Positions 51,272 to 63,640 of a stretch of 63,640 nucleotides of DNA are shown piece by piece. The stretch is taken from positions 23,746,001 to 23,809,640 of the forward strand of contig OZ249444.1 in the NCBI GenBank assembly GCA_965235115.1, given 5' to 3'. The stretch comes from Laetmonice hystrix. Its lineage: Eukaryota. Position 1 is the stretch's first letter. Each line of letters starts with the position of its first letter. The translations under genes were made by a program, and so were the position numbers. Below the pieces are notes generated by a model. That model ran no database searches. It had not been told where the DNA came from and saw only the letters and a program-made list of their open reading frames with translations.

Positions 51272-52530
51272 ATAATAATTTCCATACTCTCAGTGCAGGA
51301 GAATTACTAAAAGTACAGGGTTGAAAGGTCTGCAATTACCCTTTAGGCTGTAGGCAATGCCCCATGGATTGTCCAATAAGCCAAAGGCTGGACCGCGGGA
51401 GAGGTTGGAGAATACGTTTTACGGCCCTGCATGCATGACCTCCACTATCAACGAGTCTGACCAGTCACTAGAGGTGGTGGGTATTGCCATATAATAACCA
51501 TTGGTCACTTCCTATCGCCGCTTCCAGCTCCATGAAGCGGCCTGGCCGCCCAGAGCTCGGACAGACGAGGTGGGCTGTGGATCAATTTGTGGTGACATTT
51601 CGAGTTAGATTCCCTCATCATTCAGATCGTGGGATATACAGCCAGATGATGAATGATCGGATAATAAAAGTGGGCCGGGGTATGGAGCACGTGGCATTTT
51701 GTGTCTGCTCCAATCCAATGTCCGATTGATACGGACCGGTCACAGATCACGAAACAACCACTGGTGCCAATCTTTGCGCGTTTTTTATTTTATTCTAGAC
51801 CGGGACCTGACAGTGGTAGATGGTAGAAGATGATGAGACTGGAATGATAACGATGGAATGTGGATGGAAGGATCGGTAAGGACGGTCAAGGGCAGGGCAC
51901 CAAAGTCGGCTCCATAAAGTCAGCATTTCTTTCTTTGCGTCTACCAGTTTCTACTAGTCTAACCCTTGGTTTTCCTGAACGTCTCACCTGTACCGCGCGG
52001 TCACTAACTAAAACCTGGTAGACCCCGCTCAAACACACTTCTTTGATGACTCCTCAAAGGACGTTGTCGTCCTGTTGATTGCCCCTGCAATAAGTTGTGA
52101 CTTGGTCCGATAAAATCCAGACAGTCCAGGCTGGTAGTGCTATTTGTGGATAAAGTGACCGAGGGCAGAGCTGGCCACTATGGCTTCATGACTGCCGTCG
52201 GAACGGTGCCCTTTCAGATGAGCACGAATTCCCTGCAGATGGGCTTCACTGCCGCAATTTGATTTGTCTCAATCTTACAGCAAAAGGAAAAGTCCACCAC
52301 AGTAAATAGTCGGAAAAGTGGCCATGCTATTGGCCTTTAGTTTGGAGGATGCTAAATATCCATGCGAACACGACCAGCACGTGGCTAAAATTGGCGGTAG
52401 AGGGAGGGGGTATCCTAGGATTGCACTTGCGTAGCTTCAATGGCTGGTATTTCCCTCAGCCCTGATTTGATGGCAGTGGGTGTAAAACTGTTTGATCATG
52501 ATCCGGGGAGTGTAACGTTCCAGGGGGAAA

Positions 52531-52695
52531 GCCGGTCGGTAGTGGGCCCGGACTGGGCGGGCTGGGCCGTACGGATGGCCGGTCGGTAGTCGGCCCGGAC
52601 TGGGCGGGCTGGGCCTCGCTGGGCCGTACGGATGGCCGGTCGGTAGTCGGCCCGGACTGGGCGGGCTGGGCCTCGCTGGGCCGTACGGATGGCCA
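52531..52695. repeat. GC-rich tandem repeat, 47/57 bp units, about 3 copies
   Basis: GCCGGTCGGTAGT at 52531, 52578, 52635. Confidence 0.9.
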
Positions 52696-53100
52696 GTCGT
52701 TCATCATCTGTCGTGTGTCACTATTCCCGCATCCAGTTTATCAACCGTAACTCCACCAACCCTCAACTCCCATGCATCAATCGAGACCACCATACAGTTG
52801 ACTCCTATTACAGTCACAACGTTATTCACCCATGCATTATGGGGGCATTTTCCTCTGCCTCCCAGCAACTGCTGATTGAGGTATAGCTTTTTCTTTACAC
52901 AATCAGCACTTTTGTATAACTGCTGGACCGTTTACAGATTGTAAAATGCCACTTTGACCAACATAATGGCCCCCATTATTCACTTGATTAAACGCCTTGA
53001 ACCAAACTTCACTATCAGCAAGTTATCATTAAAACGCTGAATTTCAAGAGAACAATAATTCCAACATTATTGGCGTCCAGTGAAAGTAGGTCGTGTTCAA

Positions 53101-55068
53101 GATGCGGGTTTGTGTAGGTGTTCAATATGAAGGTCCCGGTCGGGGTGGGGTGGGGGAGACTGGACCTAGGATATCTCTGGGACACGGATGCGGGTTGGTG
53201 TTGGTGTTCAATATGAAGGTCCCGGTCGGGGTGGGGTGGGGGAGACTGGACCTAGGATATCTCTGGGACACGGATGCGGGTTGGTGTTGGTGTTCAATAT
53301 GAAGGTCCCGGTCGGGGTGGGGTGGGGGAGACTGGACCTAGGATATCTCTGGGACACTGATGCGGGTTGGTGTTGGTGTTCAATATGAAGGTCCCGGTCG
53401 GGGTGGGGTGGGGGAGACTGGACCTAGGATATCTCTGGGACACTGATGCGGGTTGGTGTTGGTGTTCAATATGAAGGTCCCGGTCGGGGTGGGGTGGGGG
53501 AGACTGGACCTAGGATATCTCTGGGACACTGATGCGGGTTGGTGTTGGTGTTCAATATGAAGGTCCCGGTCGGGGTGGGGTGGGGGAGACTGGACCTAGG
53601 ATATCTCTGGGACACTGATGCGGGTTGGTGTTGGTGTTCAATATGAAGGTCCCGGTCGGGGTGGGGTGGGGGAGACTGGACCTAGGATATCTCTGGGACA
53701 CTGATGCGGGTTGGTGTTGGTGTTCAATATGAAGGTCCCGGTCGGGGTGGGGTGGGGGAGACTGGACCTAGGATATCTCTGGGACACTGATGCGGGTTGG
53801 TGTTGGTGTTCAATATGAAGGTCCCGGTCGGGGTGGGGTGGGGGAGACTGGACCTAGGATATCTCTGGGACACTGATGCGGGTTGGTGTTGGTGTTCAAT
53901 ATGAAGGTCCCGGTCGGGGTGGGGTGGGGGAGACTGGACCTAGGATATCTCTGGGACACTGATGCGGGTTGGTGTTGGTGTTCAATATGAAGGTCCCGGT
54001 CGGGGTGGGGTGGGGGAGACTGGACCTAGGATATCTCTGGGACACTGATGCGGGTTGGTGTTGGTGTTCAATATGAAGGTCCCGGTCGGGGTGGGGTGGG
54101 GGAGACTGGACCTAGGATATCTCTGGGACACTGATGCGGGTTGGTGTTGGTGTTCAATATGAAGGTCCCGGTCGGGGTGGGGTGGGGGAGACTGGACCTA
54201 GGATATCTCTGGGACACTGATGCGGGTTGGTGTTGGTGTTCAATATGAAGGTCCCGGTCGGGGTGGGGTGGGGGAGACTGGACCTAGGATATCTCTGGGA
54301 CACGGATGCGGGTTGGTGTTGGTGTTCAATATGAAGGTCCCGGTCGGGGTGGGGTGGGGGAGACTGGACCTAGGATATCTCTGGGACACTGATGCGGGTT
54401 GGTGTTGGTGTTCAATATGAAGGTCCCGGTCGGGGTGGGGTGGGGGAGACTGGACCTAGGATATCTCTGGGACACTGATGCGGGTTGGTGTTGGTGTTCA
54501 ATATGAAGGTCCCGGTCGGGGTGGGGTGGGGGAGACTGGACCTAGGATATCTCTGGGACACTGATGTGGGTTGGTGTTGGTGTTCAATATGAAGGTCCTG
54601 GTCGGGGTGGGGTGGGGGAGACTGGACCTAGGATATCTCTGGGACACTGATGCGGGTTGGTGTTGGTGTTCAATCTGAAGGTCCCGGTCGGGGTGGGGTG
54701 GGGGAGACTGGACCTATGATATCTCTGGGACACTGATGTGGGTTGGTGTTGGTGTTCAATGTGAAGGTCCTGGTCGGGGTGGGGTGGGGGAGACTGGACC
54801 TAGGATATCTCTGGGACACTGATGCGGGTTGGTGTTGGTGTTCAATATGAAGGTCCCGGTCGGGGTGGGGTGGGGGAGACTGGACCTATGATATCTCTGG
54901 GACACTGATGTGGGTTGGTGTTGGTGTTCAATGTGAAGGTCCTGGTCGGGGTGGGGTGGGGGAGACTGGACCTAGGATATCTCTGGGACACTGATGCGGG
55001 TTGGTGTTGGTGTTCAATGTGAAGGTCGGGGTGGGGTGGGGGAGACTGGACCTAGGATATCTCTGGGA
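53101..55068. repeat. G-rich minisatellite, 86 bp unit, about 23 copies
   Basis: GATGCGGG at 53101, 53187 and onward. Each unit has GGGGTGGGGTGGGGG. Confidence 0.98.
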
Positions 55069-55388
55069 TCAGGTGGACACTGTTCAATGAATACATAAGT
55101 AGGACAAAGAGTTCCCCATATTTCCACTATAAATTACCTAATATATTCTAACAGTAAGTGTGGTAAATCATTAATCCTAAGATAATCCCTTACTCAGCAG
55201 CATCTGGTACTTGGTTAAGGAGGACCATGAGAAGCTAGGATTTATGTCGACTCTGCCATAACGACTGATAGATCATCTATTAGTCCAAACCCTCCAGCAG
55301 GAAGTGGTGACGATTGCCACACTAGGTACATGTAGTGGTAACTTCCAGCATTCATGTTAACATCCCTACTGGTTCCATACCCATACGG

Positions 55389-55728
55389 GTTCTATACCAA
55401 GTTATAGCGGACTAGCAAACACCTCTACTGTTTCTATACCAAGTTATAGCGGACTAGCATTTCTATACCAAGTTATAGCGGACTAGCAAACACCTCTACT
55501 GTTTCTATACCAAGTTATAGCGGACTAGCATTTCTATACCAAGTTATAGCGGACTAGCAAACACCTCTACTGTTTCTATACCAAGTTATAGAGGACTGGC
55601 AAACATCCCTACTGTTTCTATACCAAGTTATAGAGGATTGGCAAACACCTCTACTGTTTCTATACCATGTTATAGAGGATTGGCAAACATCCCTACTGTT
55701 TCTATACCAAGTTATAGAGGACTGGAAA
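55389..55728. repeat. Minisatellite, 42 bp unit with 29 bp short variants, about 9 copies
   Basis: TTCTATACCAAGTTATAG spaced 42, 29, 42, 29, 42, 42, 42, 42. Confidence 0.94.
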
Positions 55729-58012
55729 ACACGTAAATATGCTAACAGTATTTACATCATCAATATCCTGTTTCTTATATACACCGCCCTCAGGCTGCCA
55801 CAAGCCCCAGCTAACGTCACCTTTTATCTCAGCCTAAATGAATGATGCATAAATTCTTGATTATTAATCATAGGAAAACAAAAGGCCTTCAGCATGGGAA
55901 GGCGTCAAGCTGAAATAATGGCTGTCCTAACAAGATAACGTCCTCGCATCATCAAACAACACCTGTTCTGCCGCTGGCATCATCTTTTGTTTTAACGGCC
56001 GGAAAAGGCTCGGAACAAAAGTCACTTTGGGCCCAAACATTCTCATTATATTATCCAAATTACAGGTGAATATTGTAATCATTTATCTGAAGTCAGAAAC
56101 CTGAGGTAGGAATTCTGCTGAGTGTGGTACATCACCCTGCTGCCCAGTCACCCTAAATACAGCATCCCCAGTAAATTTATCATGATTCGTTGCCATGACT
56201 GCTCCTGAAGATATCAATGATTTAGTAGCTTGCTACTCAGCCGTAGTTTTTCCTGCACAACACTTGGCCAAAAACGATGTGGCGGGGACCTGAGTGGTGT
56301 GATTCACAATGTGCCCACTCACAACTTCAGAATATCGACGCCAACTCAACGACAAGAGAGGGAGGGAGGAAAAAAAATAAAAGCGTCATGGATAATGAAA
56401 TGAAATGGAAGCCCTTTTTTCAGCTGATCTATAGAATTTTTTTTATGTCTACTGAGAAAAGGATGAGGTTGTTAGCCTTCAATGCTTATCAAGGGAAACC
56501 AGTCCCTGTGAGACGTCAAAAAACCAGGCGGCAGAGTTATACATAACCGTCAGTAACGGCAGCAGGGCATGATTCATTCTCATGTTATCAATATGACCAT
56601 GCCCCTAAACAAATTACAATCGATGTCTGACAAAATGATCTCAACAACAAAATCTCCATTAGCCCAAACGTCTGGACCTCGTCAAAACTTCCCGGGGCAA
56701 AGTGGCAACACTTGAGCAATAATCTCCGCGGCAATTGTAGAATTGTCGGGGGAACCATTACCATAGCTCACCCCCAGGTGCCCCGCCGTGCTGCCAGAGT
56801 CAGTGGACTGGAACTATCGCTGACAAGGCAGGGTTCCGGACCACTCAACACTGAACAACCAGCCGAACAACCCACTAAATGACTGACAACGAGCACAATA
56901 TGAAATCCGGGCATTGCTGTTTGCAGCAATTCACCAGCCACACCAAAAATAGCAAATTCATTAGGAAAATGAGAGAGCTTGTTTTAGCTAACTAATTCAA
57001 TTACGACGGGTTTCTGGTGAAACTCAACTCCTAATAGGGGGTTTGGTTAAAACAAGGAATCGATGCGTCAGGCTGTGGTACCGTTCACATCGTCATCAAT
57101 AAATGTGCACGAATCAAACCTCACACACTCAACGCGACAACTTCACCCTCAATCAGAACTTCTTATTTAAGGCATTATTAGCTATTTTATCAATCAGACT
57201 GCTTTCTGCTATCAACTGTCAAGTAAAGTATGACGACGGAGGTACATTTCAGCACTAGAACCATTATCACATAAAAAGAGTACAGGCAGTTTCCGACATT
57301 TCTGACGGCCATTTTATCCTGGAACTGAAGGCTCTCGGCTGGGACTGACAAGCAGTTTAACATGACGACACGCGGGGAATCTAAGAACATTTTGTGCTCC
57401 GTCCCACTACCTGGGGACTGGAGGTTATTTCAGCCATCAGCGACTGGAAACTTCAGATTGGCAGCTTTAGCCTGTGACAGCTGACACAATAAACATCCAA
57501 GGGGATAACATTACTCGGTACGAGATGTTAGCTTCCGGAAACTTGACAGGTCTGACTAGAGGAGTTTCTTCTGCTCCAAGGTCACCGAGTCTTTGAGACC
57601 GACCTAGCCATTTCCTACAAAGTTCTGTCTTCTTGTACAGATAGATGTGTTCAAACGACTCATGTCTGTCTAAGTCTACTATGGAGACTCTTCACTAGAC
57701 AGAACTTGATGCTGCAATTCCCTTTTTCCCTTTCACTCAAACCTATCCTATAAAATCTTCATTCTGCTGTCACTAACGAGTTATATCATGTGGCTCAGAA
57801 TAACAGTTACCAAGGAAACAGATTTGGGAAAATACAAGCATGTATATGGACTGTTGTCGAAACCGTAAAAGTCTTCTGTCATTTGAAGAATTCCATTCAT
57901 CTGTAGAACATAACTTTTCAACAATTCTTTTTTTAATTTATTGAAACATATATCTGAGTGGAAAGCACCCTCATATCTACAGTCGTCCTTTGAAATCTGC
58001 AAGTCGATATTC

Positions 58013-58689
58013 AGTTCCAAACTTCATTCTGGAATTCTGAAACCTTAAATGATATATAGTTCCAAACTTCATTCTGGGATTCTGAAACGTTCAATGATAT
58101 ACATGTATACATGTAGTTCCAAACTTCATTCTGGGATTCTGAAACGTTCAATGATATATAGTTCCAAACTTCATTCTGGGATTCTGAAACGTTCAATGAT
58201 ATATAGTTCCAAACTTCATTCTGGGATTCTGAAACGTTCAATGATATACATGTATACATGTAGTTCCAAACTTCATTCTGGGATTCTGAAACGTTCAATG
58301 ATATAGAGTTCCAAACTTCATTCTGGGATTCTGAAACGTTCAATGATATATACATGTAGTTCCAAACTTCATTCTGGGATTCTGAAACGTTCAATGATAT
58401 ATACATGTACATTGTAGTTCCAAACTTCATTCTGGGATTCTGAAACGTTCAATGATATATACATGTAGTTCCAAACTTCATTCTGGGATTCTGAAACGTT
58501 CAATGATATATAGTTCCAAACTTCATTCTGGGATTCTGAAACGTTCAATGATATATAATTCCAAACTTCATTCTGGGATTCTGAAACGTTCAATGATATA
58601 TAGTTCCAAACTTCATTCTGGGATTCTGAAACGTTCAATGATATATAATTCCAAACTTCATCCTGGGATTCTGAAACGTTCAATGATAT
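58013..58689. repeat. Minisatellite, 45 bp core plus variable ACATGT-type inserts, 14 copies
   Basis: Unit lengths 45, 57, 45, 45, 57, 45, 51, 58, 51, 45, 45, 45, 45. Confidence 0.96.
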
Positions 58690-59260
58690 CTGATTCCAAT
58701 TTATGAAGACGAGTGATGGTTTGTGAGGTGAGCCCTCAGTCGGACTGACTGGAACATATCAGTCTATATTATTTCACTGTCTCATCTCTTTCAGACTGGT
58801 TTAATGTTATGATTTATACCAGTATCAACCCAAGATGAGCGCAGAGTGCTGCCCTATGTAAAGGTACCCGCCCCTCCAACTACTCTAGCCCTAACCGGAG
58901 ATTAAGGTTGATTGACCGACAGACTTGAGACGTGGGAGTGAGACGGCCGGTAGGCGGCGCTCCATCACTACTCCGAGACGCCATGTAATCCTATCGGCCG
59001 TCCTAACATCGTGTCTATGTTACTACTGACGTAACTGTTCGTCATAAAGATTGACATGGCCCTCTGCCCTATACTTGGACACCCCACATGTCTGACCGGC
59101 CTGTGTTTATCGTTATATCGTCTCTCGGACATCGTCGGCCTGTGAGTTTGTGAACTGACCAATGCCGTGATTGTGGCCGATTCAGCCAGCGACTTGTTCT
59201 CGCACGGTCCGGTGACCGGAGATCCCAGCCATATGTTTCAACCGGACTTACACGGCAGAT

Positions 59261-59283
59261 GGGGGGGGGGGGGGGGGGGGGGG
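59261..59283. repeat. G23 homopolymer
   Basis: Direct reading. Confidence 0.85.
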
Positions 59284-61155
59284 CAGGGGGATAGGACACA
59301 TCTGGGTCGGGAAGGGGTCGCATTTCCATCAAAACTCCTTTTTTTCTTTTTTGATGTTCTGAGTGAGATCTTTTGTCTTTTCCCTTTCCTGACAATCGCT
59401 GACAATCAATTAGACTTTGAGAAGTGCTGTACTTTGAAGACGTCCTACCATAAAGACACAAATTCTTCACCCATCTTTCCACTGTCCACTTTCTATTTCT
59501 ATGAAACACTCAAAAATCCATTAAAAACTATCTTGTAAAACGCCTTCAATGAACCTGGAACAGGTTTCCTAGGGGACAATGATCTATTTTCACGTCCCTC
59601 CGCTGATCGAGCGACGTCTCCTCAAGCAGAGCGGAATCTTTGCAAGCTGTGTATGCGGCCGATAGTCACGGTCGGCTGGAAGAGACAGGCCTGCGTCACG
59701 GTCCATGACTATACTAGTAGACTGGTGGACGGTAACATTGATCTGGGCCCCAGCTCAACACCTCAACGACTGGCTCAAACAGAATTGGGGGAAAAAAACT
59801 CTAGTAGCATTGATCTCCAAGTCCATGTGGAACTCTTGTCTACCCAAACTCACGGCGTCAATGGTAAAGTCGAAATTAATATGCCACCTTTGTGGGAAAA
59901 CAAAAATGCTGCGATTCACGAGATATTTAAAATCCATGACCTTTGGAGGAGCTTTCGTAGTTCTTTCATAATCTTTTGAGTAATAATGTGTTGGGGAGTC
60001 TGGGCAGCTCGCTGCTACAGTGTCGGATATAAAAAAATATGTATTTTGAAGTTGTAGAGCTACATGGTCGATCACCTTGCCCTAATCTCCAGTCTGACGG
60101 GAGAAACCTGTGCGCAGCCCAACTAATTTCCCCCTCAGTGTGCCACAATGACTGTTTCGCCAAGGTTAGTCACCCATGCACACGCTTGCCCTCGTGACCT
60201 ACTACCTCTTGTTCTTGCTAATCCGGCAGCTAATCCTACACAGAGGTTCTAAATCAGTCCTGCCTAGCCATGCATGCAGGCCGTGGATCAGGGCAGCTCG
60301 CTGGCACTGCCTGCGGGCCATACGACCGAGCTGTGGCATTCACCCTGCGACTCCTACAAATCCTGCCCCTTCTGGATCAGACATGGAATCAGGACATTAA
60401 CAGGGACTGGTTTAGTGTCGCCTTCCCGAAACTTCTATTGAAATTAATCCTTCAGGATGGGGCACATTCTGAATATCTGATTTAAAATCAAGAAGTTATG
60501 CAATTTTCGATATGAATAAATATAGGCCTCATATAAGTTGTCTTGGTTCTCTTGCTCAGTGCAAGACCACACAAAGAAATACACCTCACATCCATTGAAT
60601 ACACACACTTCCTGGTCCCAGGGCAGCATGTTTCCAATTTTTCCCCAAAATAAACTGGAAAACAGATCGACTTACTTCGTTTTTTTCCAGACCAATTTCC
60701 CAGAAATAACCTCTCACTGTGAAGCTAGCGTTACACTGAATGACACGTGACATCTAATAAAAGACGAGAACAGAAGCGTTTTTATCACCAGCCGTCATGT
60801 GCCACTCGAGGTATTACTTTAGATTTTCCGTATCTCTGATTATACCCGCAATCCGTGGGCTGTCGGCGGGGTCCCAAATGGATATTTGTGGATCGTGTAG
60901 TTATAATACGTCAGTGAAATGTTATCATCACCTCTCAGTCTCAGAACAGTGACAGAAATCTGCTCTATCACAGTAACTGAGGCTCCGACCGCCAACCAGG
61001 AATACTCTTACCAACAAAATACGGAAATAATTTAATGGATGGATGGGTTGGATAGATGTATGCGCTTTTCTGTCGCAGTCAGAACCGAGTACATACACTG
61101 CTGACATACACTGGCCTTCTAACGTGGGTATCGTGTTTCTGTGGAGAGGAGCGCT

Positions 61156-61642
61156 CACACCGGTTCTCCGGCTGTGTTCACACTGATTCTCCAGTTGTGT
61201 TTACACTGATTCTCCGGCTGTGTTCACACTGGTTCTCCAGTTGTGTTCACACTGGTTCTCCGGCTGTGTTCACACTGGTTCTCCAGCTGTGTTCACACTG
61301 ATTCTCCAGCTGTGTTCACACTGATTCTCCAGATGTGTTCCCACTGATTCTCCAGCTGTGTTCACACTGGTTCTCCAGTTGTGTTCAAACTGGTTCTTCG
61401 GCTGTGTTCACACCGGTTCTCCGGCTGTGTTCACACCGGTTCTCCGGCTGTATTCACACCGGTTCTCCGGCTGTGTTCACACTGGTTCTCCGGCTGTGTT
61501 AACACTGGTCCTCCGGCTGTGTTCACACTGGTTCTCCGGCTGTGTTCACACAGGTTCTCCGGCTGTGTTCACACTGATTCTCCAGTTGTGTTCACACTGG
61601 TTCTCCGGCTGTGTTAACACTGGTTCTCCGGCTGTGTTCACC
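61156..61642. repeat. Minisatellite, 23 bp unit, about 21 copies
   Basis: Consensus CACACTGGTTCTCCGGCTGTGTT. Confidence 0.96.
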
Positions 61643-61923
61643 TCAAGTTTCTTGAGTATAAGACTCCCGCCCATACTGACTGGTCAGTGGTTAATATGTA
61701 TAGAGGTCTTCGTTAAGTTGGTCAGTGATTGACCGCTTTACCAGAAGTACAATCCTCACCCTCCCTGATGATAGAATCCTACATGCGGCCTGGCCTGTTT
61801 GATGTACAACTGTCTCATACCGATACAGCAGTAGTCAGGGCGGGTCATCAGTATTAACACCTCCCACCCCTGCTGACACAGCGTCTGCCCCTTCACTTAC
61901 CACCCTTCTCCCTCTACCCCTAG

Positions 61924-62249
61924 GTGATATCATAACTTGTTTCCTTCAATCGTTATACACCACAGGACCGACCTTCCCAAGCTGTGAAGGTTATCGGACT
62001 TATACAGATCATAGCGCCGCCTTGTATAACGGTGGTCGGCCTTCTGTGTGGTACGACTTCAGTCGACGGATCTATGCCCGACCTATGGACGTCCTCCACC
62101 CTCCTCCCCTCCCATCCACACAAACGTATGAGTTACGAGATCGGACCTCTCTCAGCGCACCTCCCCCCGACCATCGCCCCCGCCTCCCGGGTCCTTGGAT
62201 CAATAGGGTCAGATCACGGTTTGAACAAACTGATATACGAGCTGTCTAG
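61924..62249 (+). CDS. Candidate terminal coding exon, Pro/Tyr/Arg-rich, product unknown
   Basis: Strong acceptor CCTTCTCCCTCTACCCCTAG|GT; an in-frame alternative acceptor CACAG|GA sits at 61966. About 108 open codons (DIITCFLQSLYTTGPTFPSCEGYRTYTDH...PWINRVRSRFEQTDIRAV*), with AATAAA at 62405-62410. Confidence 0.35.
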
Positions 62250-63499
62250 GAGTCGTAGGTTTCAATTTTCTCCAGCAGGTTGGTGGGGGGTACGCTCTTA
62301 TGGAGCCAGGAGGTTTTTGGTATGTCTGGTCAACATGGGATTTCTCTGTACACCTTCTGCATTTTCTTAACTTCGTCTCCTAAGAAACTTATGTGCTCCC
62401 CTGGAATAAAGATTCTGCTTGGATCCAAGTGCAGACATAGTTTAGGTTAAAGTAGTTATCGGCAACCACAACATATTTTTTTAATTAATACGATTTATCG
62501 ATGTTAAATCTTACTATATGTACATGTTGTACAATATACTATACACGACCCGTGTTTTGCTATAACCACAGAGTTCTTCATGTAACTTTATCACGACTCT
62601 TAATATCTGCACAGTTCAGCGCATTTACCATAATAAGTTAGCGGTTTCAATGCTGCTTTAGAAATTGAATATGTCAAGGGGAACGTATAATACAAAGGCC
62701 TGAACATCATCAACCTTTCTGACATTCAATTCTACTCGACTGACAAACAACACAAATGTTAAATTCGTCTCTCAACATTAATTTTTGTTTACAATAGTCC
62801 CAGATTTGGAGTTTTAAGATGGAGGAAGCGATGTATAATGTAAATGTAATTACCGAGAGAGATATATGACATGTTATGTCAGAGTAACTGTGCTTGAGGT
62901 TTCAGTCAACAGACACGGGTATTGTAAAGTGGTATTGTAAAGTTATAAAATTTCAAGGACTCCCCAGTGAACCAGCGCCTCATCAAACACTCTGTGGAGA
63001 ATACAGGTCTCTCCGACACTCGGACAGGAGGGATTCCCTGGGAGACATTTATTATAACCTCAAGGATTGTTTCTTGACGTGCTCCAACAATCAACACCAA
63101 CCATGGACGTGTAACCCTGATAGACTGGTTCGATCAGGCACGCATCCTGTCTGTGTTCACTTGACAGAAAGAGTGAACATGAAAAGGTTAAGTACTGTCT
63201 CCGACAGTCGAACAGGTCGAGAGAAAACAAGCCAACGTCTGTAAGACTGGCCCAGTGTGGCTGTTAACCCGAGGAAATATTTGCTGATGGAATGTGTTGT
63301 TTCAGCATCATATATTACTGTGCTGTGAGGATCTGACAGTAGCAACAGGATATGCCTGGTTTTTAACTGAGCATTTATTACCTGAAGGTCCAAAAACATT
63401 ATACTACTTCCTGACTACTTCCTTTATTCCACGGACTCAGTGGCCATACCGAAGAGCCCCCCCTTTACTGGTATTCTCCACTATAACGCCCCCCTGACG

Positions 63500-63518
63500 C
63501 CCCCCCCCCCCCCCCCCC
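63500..63518. repeat. C19 homopolymer
   Basis: Direct reading. Confidence 0.85.
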
Positions 63519-63640
63519 AATACTCGCCTTTTAACATTATTGTTTCAGTTTTCAACTTGCGATCCTTGGTGTAGGAGAGTTTGACTTTTGATTTTTGATG
63601 ATTACCGTTATGAATGATTTGAGGGGGTGTTTCACCTACT

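Noticed and set aside
58013-58689. CRISPR-like appearance of arrays with variable inserts (also 21930-22440)
   Set aside because: No unique spacers and no cas genes; eukaryotic context.
645-61732. Long repetitive ORFs in the track (e.g. 7538-8407, 18503-19336, 42724-43694, 44669-45718, 58011-58706)
   Set aside because: They are translations of tandem repeats, often open in several frames and on both strands, with no domain signature.
63382-63400. Weaker minus-strand AG|GT juxtapositions at 63382 (CAG|GTAATA), 39766 (CAG|GTATAT) and 25527 (TAG|GTATCA)
   Set aside because: Poor pyrimidine tract and/or weak regenerated donor; not distinguishable from chance.
63623-63634. GGGGGTGTTTCA, matching the first 12 nt of the MITE TIR
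   Set aside because: Diverges after 12 nt, the flank is TGA rather than CWG, and the window ends. Cannot be assessed.

Overview
This is eukaryotic, largely non-coding genomic DNA, most consistent with a bilaterian invertebrate. The evidence is spliceosomal GT-AG signals with branch points, CTCF-like and RFX-like motifs, and CpG-transition variants between repeat copies. I find no prokaryotic genes, rRNA, tRNA or CRISPR array, and no protein I can name. About 28% of the window (roughly 17.6 kb by hand count) is some 30 unrelated minisatellite or microsatellite arrays, and these explain nearly all long ORFs in the track. The most interesting signal is two minus-strand sites 34 kb apart. Each has branch point + polypyrimidine tract + CAG immediately followed by GTATGT, then a second strong donor 29 or 42 nt later. 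That is the architecture of recursive-splicing ratchet points with cryptic RS-exons, and it suggests much of the window is a very long intron of a minus-strand gene. A 39-copy 23-bp array carrying the same G|GTATGT donor lies just downstream of one site. Also present: a young 127-bp PIF/Harbinger-like MITE inserted into one unit of a minisatellite, higher-order repeat structure in several arrays, tandem arrays of bZIP (CRE) and X-box-like motifs, and a few unverified exon candidates. All coordinates and counts were derived by hand.
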